From Octopus sinensis (lineage: Eukaryota), in contig NC_043000.1 in the NCBI RefSeq assembly GCF_006345805.1, forward strand, positions 75,082,001-75,146,000: a stretch of 64,000 nucleotides of DNA, read 5' to 3'. Below are positions 23,075 to 35,374 of the stretch, piece after piece. Every line of letters starts with the position of its first letter. Position 1 is the first letter of the stretch. The translations under genes were made by a program, and so were the position numbers. Below the pieces are notes generated by a model. The model saw only the letters and a program-made list of their open reading frames with translations, was not told the DNA's origin and ran no database searches.

Positions 23075-25982
23075 TGCAGGCTACCTCATTGACAAATGAT
23101 AGTGACCTTCTCATTGGGATGATTCAATGGGCAACATACAGGTAACTTCCATGGTGTGCATGGTGGTAACAGATTTGGTTCCCATAATGAAGAGAAAACC
23201 AGGCTGCTGAAGACTTGTGATGCAAATGACCTTATGATCTGCAATACAAACTTCAGGAAATCTGCAAATCACCTGTTCACCTTTCAATCTAGTGAGCACG
23301 CTAGGTAGATTGACTACATTCTCACCAGAAAACGGGAAGGATGGCTGCTTATAAATACCAAAACTTTCTCAGGTGAAGAATGCGCCCCTCAACATAGGTT
23401 AGTCATTAGTAACCTCAGAAACAGGGCTAAAAGACTACTGAGAAGATAATCAGTGTGAAAAAGAACAGTCTGGAAGCTTAAGGATTCTCTGATTGGCCAG
23501 AGATTTAGAGACATGTTACTTGAAGCATTTTACAAAAAAGAGGAAGATATAGTGACATATAACATGGAGGACAACTGGGTTCCTACAAAACAACCTATTG
23601 AGGGACACTGACTAAATTTGTAGCTGATGCAAAGTCCCTTCTCAACCTAAAGTGATATGGTGGTGAAATAGTGTTGTTGACAGGGCCATTAGTAAAAAGA
23701 AACAGGTCTGGAAGGAGTGGAAGTGTGATGGTAGTAGGGAACTGTATCAGATAGCCAGAAGGGAGGATAGGAGACAGGTATATTTAGCCAGGAAAGAAGC
23801 AGAAGAGAGGTTTGCCAATGTTCTGTGGCATGAGGACCAGAGACTTGAAGTGCTTCAGATTGCAAGACAGTGTATAAGAAAAAATCATGTTATAGGAGAA
23901 AAACGTGGCCGCATGGATGATAGTTCACTTGCATTTAATGATTCTGCAAAGGAAGAAGCTTGAAAATGCCATTATGAAATGCTGCTAAATGTAAAGCATA
24001 CATGGGGGAAGAAGGGTCTGCCAAATGTAGACCCAACTGAGGGACTAGCTATCCAAATCAACAATAACTTAGTAGATAAAGCAGTTAAGGATATAAAGAC
24101 AGGGAAAGTCCCTGGCCCATCGGGAATCACCACTGAAATGCATAAAATATCTGACGGAGTAGAATATGACCTACTCACCTGTATAGTTAATCCAGTTGTC
24201 CATGAGGGAGTCATACCCAACAATTGATGTAGCAGCATTATAGTCAGCTGTTACAAAAGCAAAGATGACGCCTTAGACAGAAATAATTACAGAAGCATGA
24301 AATTGCTGGACCCAGTAATGAAAGTTACTGAAAGGATAATAGCTCAATTGAATATGAAGAGAGTGAGTGTAGATGAGATGCAGTTTGGATTTGGACCAGG
24401 TAGGAGTACAGCTGATGCTATATTCCTGGTTAGGCAACTACTGGAGAAGTATTTAGCCAAAAATAAACCTCTCTATTTGACTTTTGTTGATGTGGAGAAA
24501 GTTTTTGACAGGGTCCCCTGTTCCCTTACCTGGTGGTCGATGTGGAAGTTAGGGATAGATGAGTGGTTAGTGAGAGCTGTACAAGCCAAGTACAGGGATG
24601 CTGCCAGTAAGGTGAAGGTTGGCAACAAGTATAACAATGAATTCAGTGTACAAGTAGGAATTCACCAAGGTTCAGTTGTTAGCTCCCGCTTGTTTATCTT
24701 AGTCCTCCAGGCCTTAACAGATGAATTCAAGACTGGCTTCCCCTGAGGTCTCCTCTATGCTGATGACCTTGTTCTTATAGCTGAATCACTACCTGAACTA
24801 GAGAAGAAATTTCAGGTGTGGAGGCAAGACCTGAAATCTAAGGGCCTTAGAGTTAATTTAGCTAAAACTCAAAGTCCTAGTAAGTAGGAAAACAGACATA
24901 TCACGAGTCCCTTCAGGGAGATGGCCCTGCTTGACATGTAAGAATGGTGTGGATAAAAACTCCTCACGTTGTACCCAGTGCAAGCTTTGGACAAATGAGG
25001 TGTAGCGGTATCACAGGAAGATTAACAGAGAATGTAGTCTTTGTATGTGGCAAATGTGTGGAAACAATAAGCACTAAAAATGCACAGACAATACACTCCC
25101 TCAAATGCTTGGGTGGATTATTAGAAGTAGTTGATAGCTTTTGTTACCTAGGAGACCAAGTAAGCAGTAGAAGAGGAAGTTCTGAAAGTGTAATTGCTAG
25201 AATAAGAACGGGCTGGGCAAAATTCAGAGAACTTCAACTTTTTGTTGATAACTAAGGGCCTCTCCCTCAGAGTGAAAGGCAGATTGTATGATGCCTGTGT
25301 CCATACAGCCATTTTACATGGCAGTGAAACATGAGCTTTGACTACAGAGGACTTGCAAAGAAATGAAGCTAGTATGCTCCACTGGATGGGTAATGTCAGT
25401 GTGCATGCACAACAGAATGTAAATGATTTAAGAAGAAAATTGGGAATAAGCAGCATCAGATGTTATATACAAGAGAGAAGACTGCACTAGTTTGGTCATG
25501 TGATGCATATGGATGAGGACAGCTACATAAAAAAGTGCCAAGCTCTAATTGAGGAGGAAACATATGGAAGAGGTAGATCCTGGAAGACATGAGATGAAAT
25601 AGTGGGAAAGGATCTTCGGATGCTGGGCCTTACTGAGGAAATGACAAGGGATCAAGAGTTGTGGTGATTTGCTATACTTGAGAAAATGCGTCAAGCTTAG
25701 TAAAATCACTGTCATCCATACATTCAGGCTTGTCCTTTGCAGGTGCCAGTACCACATAGAATGTACTTGTGCTGGTGCTCTACAAACACACTTATGTTGG
25801 TGGAATGTAAAAAGCTCTAAGCACACTCTGTAAAGTAGTTGGCATTCAGCCATAGAAACCAGGCCACAACAGACAATTGGATTCTGGAAAGCTCCCCAGC
25901 TGACCAACTCCATGTCAAACCATCCAGCCCATGCCAGCATGGAAAACAGACATTAAACAATGATGATAGTGATTATGATGAT
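23075..25982 (+). mobile_element. Degraded RTE LINE in NEK4 intron
   Basis: APE remnants, QFGFGPGRSTADAIF, HQGSVVS, YADD region, family 3' UTR and (GAT)n-like tail. Confidence 0.92.
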
Positions 25983-26544
25983 ACTCTGGGTTGAGTACTT
26001 CCCTAGTGAAATACAGCAATGGAAACATTTATTCAACCACATAATTTTGATAGCACTTCATCAAGTACAAATACAGAGTGAACACAATGGCATTCCTGTT
26101 ATTATTGATATTATTGTTTATTAACATGACTAAAATAAGAATCGTTAAGATAGCAAAGTTTATTTATTAATGTAATTTTCATTGTTGATGTCCTGTAGCA
26201 AGTTTTGCAATATTTTCTCAGTCTTTAATAGTTGAAAATTATTTGTCCTTTTGTTTTCCACTATTTACTGAAAAGCATTTCTTTGAAGATTTTTTTTTTT
26301 AACACAATCTACATAGATTTGAATAAAGCTTTGTAATTTCATTTGAAAAATTTCTCTGCATTAAAGTTCAATGGTTGTCAAAAGTTCAATGGTTGTCATG
26401 CTTGAAACTCTTTTTCCAGCTGTACAACATTGTTATTGAATTTTAAATTTTTACTTATAAATCATAATGATCAATTAGTAAAAAAAAACATTAGCTTTAT
26501 TCATGGAGATGAGGCTGATATTTATGACAAAATGAATTAAATTG

Positions 26545-27075
26545 ATCCCTTTTAGTAGAGTTTCCATGCAGTTCTGAAACAGCCACTCAAATTCTTAAGG
26601 CCCATTTGAAGTCTATTAACCAGGTAGAGACCATTGATTGTATTAATAGTGCAAATCCACCTTGCTCCCTCCACTATAGCTATTTGCCAATGTGCATGCT
26701 TTAAATCGTGAGTAGAGAAAAATTTTCCACCTGACATACCAGAGAAGATTGTCAATTGATGGTATGGGAAAAAAATGGGTATCAATATGTGCATTTAAAT
26801 AAGCCTTGTAATCAACACACATATGAAGAGATCCATCTTTTTCAATCAGCCCAAAAGAGAATGGGCTGTCTACCACAATAAATTCACAGGACTCATCGGT
26901 GTTGTTGAGTTTAAATGTCACTTGAATTGATCCAGCAACCTTTAGATCCAGACCATCAAAAGTGGTTAATCTATTGTGGCATGATTCAATTGGGATACCT
27001 AACTGTGAAGCAAATGATAACAGGACTATTGAACATCTCATGATTTCCATATGGTTGCACAGGAATTCCCTTGAG
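26545..27075 (-). mobile_element. Ty3/gypsy LTR-retrotransposon pol fragment with internal deletion
   Basis: Protease-end-like segment joined to KDGSLHMCVDYK...PIPSID...HWQI...TINTINGLY...RLQMGLKN. Confidence 0.8.
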
Positions 27076-27080
27076 AGTTC

Positions 27081-27128
<48 letters not shown>

Positions 27129-27956
27129 CAGGATACCAAAATAAGCAACCCAATGCAACTATCTCAATAAACATCTGTGTGCCAAATTGAACCAAGGAAC
27201 AAATTAGAGATTGTATAAAGATTTTTGTAAAGCAACACTTGTGTGAAATATAGTTACAATCCAGTGTGTAGAATGAAGATGATTTATTATTTTTTTTTTG
27301 CTTTTTCACCAAAAGTAGTAACTAAATGGAAGTAATGCAGTAAAGAGTTTTATGACCTGTTTTATCAGCAACAGAGATCACATTAATAAAAAATGCCTGC
27401 TATCTTAATTATTCTTACTTTAATCATATTAATAAACAGTACACCTGTGGAGTTTGAGAGGACTCTTCATTCTTGTTAAAAATATGATAGCCCCTCTATT
27501 GCTGATATCATAAAATGCACTCAGTACACTCTGTAAAATACACTTTTATGGTGTTAGAAAAGGCATTTAATTGTACAAGTCAAGCCCCAAAATGAAACTT
27601 ACGTACAAGAAGTAGTCATCTGACTCCAGGAGAAACAGCAACAACCAATCCAACCCATGCTAGCATGTAATGTGATGGTGAGAGAAGTGGTGGCAATGGC
27701 AGCTGTTGCTAGCATGTAATGTGATGGTGATGGTGAGAGAAGCGGTGGCAATGGCAGTTGTTGCTATTAAGGGTTTGGAGTAGTAGTAAGTATTCACTCT
27801 TTTATTGGTAGCTTGATTATTGTAGAGACATACTTATTAGTTTATTTTATGAATAGTTTCTAATGTTAATTCATTTTTTGACTTACTTCTGCCATTCTAT
27901 TTTGTTCAGATACAGTTCATTTCAATAACTCTAGTCGCTATTTTATTTTTTTCCAG

Positions 27957-28055
27957 CCCCGCTTAGAAGAATTACTTGGAGAAGAGAAGTTTGATCAATA
28001 TGCTGGTAAAATATGGCAACTGAAATACTGCAGACAGATGGCAGTGAGCTATTAA
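27957..28055 (+). CDS. NEK4: NEK4-like kinase terminal coding exon (PRLEELLGEEKFDQYAGKIWQLKYCRQMAVSY*)
   Basis: Acceptor ttttttccag|, phase 0, TAA at 28053-28055. Resembles the NEK4 end (VRLREHMGEKYTTYSVKARQLKF) as I recall it. Confidence 0.88.
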   Translation, partial: PRLEELLGEEKFDQYAGKIWQLKYCRQMAVSY

Positions 28056-28760
28056 GTGCTGCTTATTGGTATTAATTACTAAATATTTCAAAAAAATACT
28101 TCAAAAGTTACTGCAGCAAGAAAATATAATGTAAAACCAATGAAATTTGTTGTTTGAAAATTTTTTTTAATTACCTTCTTCTGCTTAATCATTTCTATTG
28201 ATGTTATTTCTACTCATCTCATTATGAGCTAAAATTTGAAAAACAACAAACCCCATGCTTTTCATTAGAATTCTTTGTTGCTTGGGATATTTCTTCAGAG
28301 ACTACTGCAGGTTCCTGGATAAACTTCTTTGAGAAACTTGTATACAGATTTATGTATGTCTTTGTTTGCTTTGATTCTGAAACATCTTGTCTACTCTTCA
28401 AACTGTTTGTGTACATATTTTGTTTTTGGAGACAAGTTTCAAATTATTTATGTTCTCTCACTTGTCCATGTGTTTTTCTCCAAAAATCATACCTGAAGTA
28501 AATGCTACTTTTTACAACATAGTCACCAACTCTCTCTCAAATTTTCATGTTATTTCAATCTAATCCAATAAGGAAGTTTTACTTGTATATATAATTGTCC
28601 TCTTCTTTTCCTTAATATTTTTCCTAACTTGTATGGTATCATTTTCCATTACATTTTGTTATAAATGTTTTATCCATAAACTATTTACAATTTTGTAATC
28701 AAACATTTCAAATGGATCTCTTCTTCACAAGCTATCATATGTTATGTAAAATGCTATTCA

Positions 28761-28766
28761 AATAAA
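28761..28766 (+). promoter_or_regulatory. Candidate polyadenylation signal of the NEK4-like gene
   Basis: AATAAA about 700 bp after the stop codon, in AT-rich unique sequence. Confidence 0.3.
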
Positions 28767-30529
28767 GAGTGTGAATATAAATGTTATCAGGTTAACTATT
28801 TTATTCAAAAGCTATAAAATTATTGTTCAGTCACTTTCAACTAAGGTTTCTCTTCAAAAGTTGCAAGTAGAATACTCCTACTTAACTTTCCATCCCAGCA
28901 TGGAAAAACAGATATTATATAATGATGAATGTTGCTATTGATTGAATGAGTTTTCTGTTCTGTTTTCTAATTTCAGTCAAATTTCATGTTTTCTTTAAAG
29001 CTCTGATTGCTAAGCATATTTCATGTTAACAATTTTAAGGCTGTTTTATATAGAATGAACCCAGATATATTCTAAAAATAGTTTTTGTTTGTATGAGAGT
29101 GTTATGTGTGTGTGGTTGTGCTTCTTATATGATTAGTGATGTTTATTAAGGTAAGTTCTTAGCTGCTAGTGCTGCTTCAACATATATATACTTTATAAAC
29201 GATATATATGCAGTTACATAGCTGGTTAACGATGCACAGCTACATCTGATAAAATTGCGAGCAGGGGAACAAACCCCTACCATCTTCTGTTGACAGGACC
29301 AGTAGACCAGTCCTGGTTTCGGGCTACTTCTGCCATTCCTCAGTTCTGGACACTTAATCTGTTAGAGATGGTAGCAGCTCAGCTCTGCACACAATATATG
29401 TATTTCAAGCAAACACATAGTTGCTGATTTTGTAAAACAGAAATGTTAGTTCTAAAATCTCTCTAAGAGATCAACACAGATCAACATGGCTAATGTTCCT
29501 GTGAATTTTATCAAGTCCTGAAAGGATGACTGACAAAGTTGACTGCCGTTGGATTTGAAATGAAAGTGCAAATAGCCAGAACCATTGCAAAGCAATCCAT
29601 TCAATGATTTACTGGCTGTATCAATTAGTGCACAAACATACATATGTGTGTGCATGCATACATACGTATGTATGTATATGCATACATACATAAGAAAAGA
29701 AGGGTTCAAAAAATCTAGGCAGATATCAATAAAGCACTCAGTTTTAAATTAATTTGGTTAACTACATCAATCAATCAATCAGTCAAATACACATCCAGGG
29801 TAATTTCTCATGTTTGACAAGTAGATCCAAATATCTTTTAGAAAAATTTTGAGAAATTCAGAATATTAGATAACAAAAATACAGATAGAGAAGATCACAT
29901 CTCTAATTGTATTGTTTCAGTTGATGTTAGTAGATAACAAAAGAATAAGAAATAAACAAGGATTCCACGTTATGACAATTAGAGATATAGAAATTCTACG
30001 TCATGACAATTTTGTTTTTACAATTACACAGGCATTTATTCACTTGTATTTGATATTCATAGTTAAAAGAATTCCTTCTAGTCTTCTCTCAGAATTAGGT
30101 GTTAAGGCAAGATTATTATTATAATTAATATTAAAACTAGGTGTTAACTATATTATAGGAGTCAGAATTACTTTTACTTAAAGAATTGAAATCTAGTTCT
30201 ACACATTACTGATTCTACTCTTGTTTACAGATTTTGAGTTGAGATATTCCCTAATTCTCTGTATATTATGTGCTGCTATAATCTCAGTTAAATTTCTAGT
30301 GGTTGAATATGAACATTTTATACTATGGTGATTAAATAATTTCCCATATTTAGTTGAAGGTGGGAAGTACTTATCTAGTGCAACAAAGAATTTTCAAAGA
30401 ATATTGGTAGCTATATAATATTCCTTGATTTATTCTTTCTGTTATTTATATATGTGCTTTTCTTAGTATTAACATTATTAACATTGGATTTTTTCCCACT
30501 GTAATTTTTATTGTTAAGTTTATAAGTAT

Positions 30530-30690
30530 TATTATTATTATTATTTCTTTTTATCACAGGTTTTGTTGGAACTCCTGGAATCTTGCATGTACAGCGAGCT
30601 TGCTACCTGCAGCCTACAGTACCATGCTATCCATTCTTTTCAGCTATCTAATACTTTCCTGATTATTCTGGCTGTGCCAAGGAGGCAAAT
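30530..30690 (-). mobile_element. 3' end of an R4/Dong-type LINE
   Basis: Minus strand reads LLGTARIIRKVLDS*, then a short UTR and (AAT)n tail; compare LLGTAHILRRTLS at 32865. Confidence 0.7.
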
Positions 30691-30718
30691 CATTATTATT
30701 ATTATTATTATTATTATT

Positions 30719-31271
30719 GAGTGAGAGAGTAATGCATGCCATCAAAGTGACACTGGGGTAAAATATACAAAGCCCAGTATACCCATCATGACTACCCGTC
30801 TGATAAGGGTACACTAGGCACATGCATCACAACCATATGTGCGCGACATGGTGATCTCATATCAAGATAAACAGCACATGACCTTGCAGGTGGGGCCCAG
30901 TTAGAATTTTCTTCTGGTCAAGTAACCCATCCGCTCAAAAGGTCTCTGAATAAGGGTTGTTTAAGGATGTTGAATGAAACACCCATGTTTCCAGAGGTGA
31001 ATTATTCAAACCCCAAAGAATCCCTCTCAACACAAAGCTATGATGCTCCCCCACTACTTCTGCTCGTGATCAGAGATGCACATATTGTCAGCCACTAAGG
31101 GACGTGCTCAACTGATTAAGGTAATGCAACTGACAAGTAAATCTGTGGTATTGAGCAGAATATTTGCTGTAGCCCACCTTTTATACCAAGACAAAATAAT
31201 GTACATGATAACACTTCCAATCAGTTAAGATCAGAAGCCACGAGAGCCACTGCCTGGTACTGCATCAGGGC

Positions 31272-31275
<4 letters not shown>
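30719..31275. repeat. Unclassified ~555-bp non-coding element flanked by (ATT)n on both sides
   Basis: Sharp boundaries between two (ATT)n runs; no ORF recognised. Confidence 0.5.
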
Positions 31276-31331
<56 letters not shown>

Positions 31332-32012
31332 CATCATCATCAACCATATATTTAGTATCTACAGAGTTGGATGTATGCTTTTTAATAATATCTTTTACTT
31401 GTTTCAGACTGTGGCTATGTTATTTTTTTAAGCCTGGTCTTATTCTATTGGTCTAATTGGTCTTATTCTATTGGTCTAATTTGCCAAACTGCTAAGTTAC
31501 AGGAATGCAAATACAGCAACACCAGTTGTCAAGTGTTGGTGGTGGGAGGGACAGACACAAAGATACATTGTTATATATATATATATCGTTATTTTGAGGA
31601 TACAGATACCTCTTAAAAGGGGATGTTAACATACAAGCTTCACTGGCTTAATCTTATATCTCAAGGAAATGTTCAAGAGTCCAGTAATACTTAATAGTAT
31701 TGGTGTTTATTGTTTAATAATAGGCACTGATTAAGTATATTACAGAGTTCAATGATTATTACACTTTGATATATATGGGTATATTTCAATATGATATATT
31801 ATAAGGAGAAAATGGTGAGTTTTAACTTAATAAACTTCAATTTATTAACATATTGTCAAAATTCTCTGTTATCTAATTACAAATTAATAAATTAAAAATT
31901 GCATCTTGAAAATAGTGAGTTAAATACTTCCTCAGGGTGAGAATTAGACACGCAAAGGAATCACATAATCAATCAGGTGATCATCAACAGACTCAACATG
32001 TCTATATTGATG

Positions 32013-32048
<36 letters not shown>

Positions 32049-32056
32049 CATTTGCA

Positions 32057-32452
32057 TACTCATTTACTTGTTTCAGTCATTTGACTGCAGCCATGCTGGA
32101 GCACCGCCTTTAATCGAGCAATTCGACCCCAGGACTTATTCTTTTGTAAGCCCAGTACTTATTCTATCGGTCTCTTTTGCCGAACCGCTAAGTAACGGGG
32201 ACATAAACACACCAGCATCGGTTGTCAAGCAATGCTAGGGGGACAACACAGACACACGAACACACACACACATATATATATACACATATATACGACGGGC
32301 TTCTTTCAGTTTCCGTCTACCAAATCCACTCACAAGGCTTTGGTTGGCCCGAGGCTATAATAGAAGACACTTGCCCAAGGTGCCATGCAGTGGGACTGAA
32401 CCCGGAACCATGTGGTTGGTAAACAAGCTATTTACCACACAGCCACTCCTGC
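32057..32452 (-). mobile_element. Full-length tRNA-derived SINE (CORE-like centre, CR1-like tail)
   Basis: tRNA-like head with ggttccgggttcagtccc box B, accttgggcaagt CORE-like motif, internal microsatellite, and a 3' tail shared with the LINE at 61141. Confidence 0.88.
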
Positions 32453-32745
32453 ATGTTGATATTTAAAAAAAAAAACGTTATATATGCATATATCTTTTGT
32501 TTTTATTTTTTGTGTGCGTGTATGTGTTAAATTTATTTGCATGTTAATATTTGTTTAAAAAACTGTTGCTTGTGTATCTGCTTTTGTTTTTATGTTTTGT
32601 GTGCATATGTACATTAATATGTTTGATCACATGATAGTGCTGGAAATTACTAACTTACTGCAGGTATGGTATTTGTGTTCTATATCATCAAAATATGTGT
32701 TGCAAATATTTTTATCATTAGACAAAAGTTTGTAAGAAAAAAATA

Positions 32746-34950
32746 TATTATTATTATTATTATTATTCAGTAGTTTTATTTTTATAGCGTGCTTTCACTT
32801 CACTACCGAGCGCAGCTCTGTGTGCCTTGGGTATGTGCTGTGATTTGTTGTGATGCTCTGTTGGTTATTGTATGGAAAGTGTTCTGCGTAGGATGTGTGC
32901 AGTGCCTAGTAGTGCAATTTTCTGTATGTTATATGTGTTTGTAAGTCCTGGTGTTTTTGTTATGTATTTGTCTGAATATTTTTTTATCATGCCTAATGCA
33001 CCTACTATGATAGGAATTGTTTCTGTTTTCAGATTCCACATTCTAGTTACCTCTATTTCCAGGTCTTTGTATTTTGAGAGTTTCTCCATTTCTTTTAGAG
33101 AAACATTGTCATCAGCCGGTATTGATACATCAATTAGGAAGCATTTTTTTTCTTCTTGATCTCTGACAACTATATCTGGTCTGTTGGCCTTAATTTCTCT
33201 ATCTGTGTGTATCGGCATATCCCAGAGTATGGTTGCTTTCTCGTTTTCTGTGACCTTTTCTGGTGTGTGCTTATACCATCTTTTTTCTGTTGTTATTCCA
33301 TAATGTTGGCATAGCTTCCAATGTATGTAGGTTCCAACTCTGTCATGTCTGTGAATATATTCCTTCTTAGCCAGGACTGGGCAGCTAGAGATAATATGAT
33401 TTATTGTTTCTTGTCCATCTCCACATATTCTGCAGTTACTTGTAATATTTCTTTTCATTACATGTTTTTGGTAATTTCTGGTGGGGAGGCTTTGGTCTTG
33501 TGCTGCAATTAAAAATCCCTCTGTTTCTGCTTTGAGTCCTGAGCTTCTCAACCATTGCTGGGATTTTTCTTTGTCTATTTCTTTTGCGTTTAGTTTAGTC
33601 CAGTATTTACCATGAAGGGGCTTTTCTTGCCATCGTTTTATCATGGTTCGTTGCTGTTCTATTTTTAGTTTGGATTTCATTTGTTTTATAGCTTTTGTTG
33701 TTTCTTCATCTTCTTCTTCTTCTTCATGTTTATTAGGTGGTATGATTTCTTGTTTGTATTTGTCAGCTTCCTTAAATACTGAGAACAGTTTTTTGTTTTG
33801 CTCGTGTTTTGCCGCTATCTGGATCAGTTTTCCTTCCTTCTGAAGTAGATATTTTTGCAGTCCTATGGTGGTTATTTTATAGTAGTTTTCCAGCTGTATA
33901 AGGCCTCTACCACCTTCTATACGTTGTATATATAGTCTTTCTATGTCAGATTTTGGGTGATGCATCCTAGATCCTGTCATTATTTTTCTTGTTTTCCTAT
34001 CTATTTTGGTCAGTTCATTTCGTGTCCAGTTAAGGATATTGTAGCTGTAACTTATAACTGGGACAGCTAAAGTGTTGATACCTATTATCTTGTTTTTAGC
34101 ATTGAGCTCTGTGTTTAGTATTGATCTAACTCGTCTATAATATTCTTTTTTTATTTTCTCTTTCATTTGTGTGTGTTGTGTCTTATCTAGTTCATGGATT
34201 CCTAAGTATTTGTAAGTTTGGCTTTGGTCTAATTGTTTTATTTCATTGGTTTTATCTAGTGTGATGTTGTTACTCTTAACTAGTTTTCCTCTTTTCATGG
34301 TTACTTTGGCGCATTTTTCTAATCCAAATTTCATATCTATTTCTTTGGTAAATCCATGAACTGTCTTTAATAGTGTTTCCAGCTGTTTGTCATTTGCAGC
34401 GTATAGTTTTAGGTCATCCATTTATAAAAGGTGGCTGATCGTTTTGCCGTAACATTTATATCCGCATCCAGTTCTATTTAGCATATCAGATAGAGGTGAC
34501 AGTGCCAAGCAGAAAAGGAGTGGAGAGAGCGTGTCTCCCTGGAATATTCCTCTTCTAATGGGGATGTCTTTGGTTTTCATGAGTCCCTCTTTTGTTTGGA
34601 GGTGTAGGGCTGTTTGCCATTTATTCATAGAGTGCTCTATGAATTTTATGATTGTTGGTGCTACTTTGTTAATGGCTAGTGTTTCGAGGATCCATGTGTG
34701 GGGGATGCTATCAAACGCCTTTTTGTAGTCAATCCAGGCCATACTGAGGCCTTTCTTCTTTCTGTGGCTGTCTTCAGTTATGGCTTTATTAATCATTAGT
34801 TGATCTTTACAGCCATATGAGCCTTTGCGGCATCCTTTCTGCTCTTCTGGGAACAGTTTGTTTTCGTCCAGGTGCTTGTTCAGCCTTTGTGATATCACTG
34901 CAGTAAATGCCTTGAACATAGTAGGGAGACAGGTTATTGGTCTGTAGTTT
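32746..34950 (-). mobile_element. 5'-truncated R4/Dong-clade LINE (RT, CCHC, RLE endonuclease)
   Basis: NYRPITCL, FQGDTLSPL, HLL*MDD, CRICGDGQETINHIISSC, HDRV, RPDIVV...IDVSIP...KLSKY. (AAT)n tail. One stop separates ORFs 34422-34919 and 32865-34421. Confidence 0.95.
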
Positions 34951-35169
34951 TCTATCCAATTATATCTATTAATTAATTTATATTTTATTCTACATATTTT
35001 AATATAATTTTATTTTAATTGTACTTTATAATTGATATTCATATCTATTAAATTACATATGCACACATGCTCATGTGTGCACACATACAAGTGTGCACAT
35101 GTTTATTACGTCCAGTAATAAACATTTACTCTCTTCAATCAAACTCTCATTCAGACCCTAATAGCTGAA

Positions 35170-35370
35170 GACTAGCCACACGCTTGAAACTCAGAGTACC
35201 AAGGAGTCTCAATCAAACTTTTTTGATGTGTTATGCAAAATCTACATTCAAATATGGTAAACTGACAGCTAATACCTTGACCCAACTTGATAATGATACA
35301 TCTATCAAAGATCTGAATCAAGAAGACTTTTGTAAGTATCTTGGGGGTAAACAAAAGGAAAGGGATTTAG
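35170..35370 (+). mobile_element. Short degraded R4/Dong RT fragment
   Basis: CYAKSTFKYGKL...IKDLNQEDFCKYLG parallels CAKVTMKRGKL...IKQLDQSQTYKYLG in the neighbouring element. Confidence 0.6.
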
Positions 35371-35374
35371 CATG

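Noticed and set aside
29452-29709. Minus-strand 85-aa ORF as the last exon of a neighbouring gene
   Set aside because: No recognisable homology, starts in a microsatellite, and no partner exons found. Cannot be excluded without RNA data.
30560-30700. Strong plus-strand acceptor (tttttatcacag) as an alternative NEK4 last exon
   Set aside because: The sequence is better explained as the antisense 3' end of an R4/Dong LINE.
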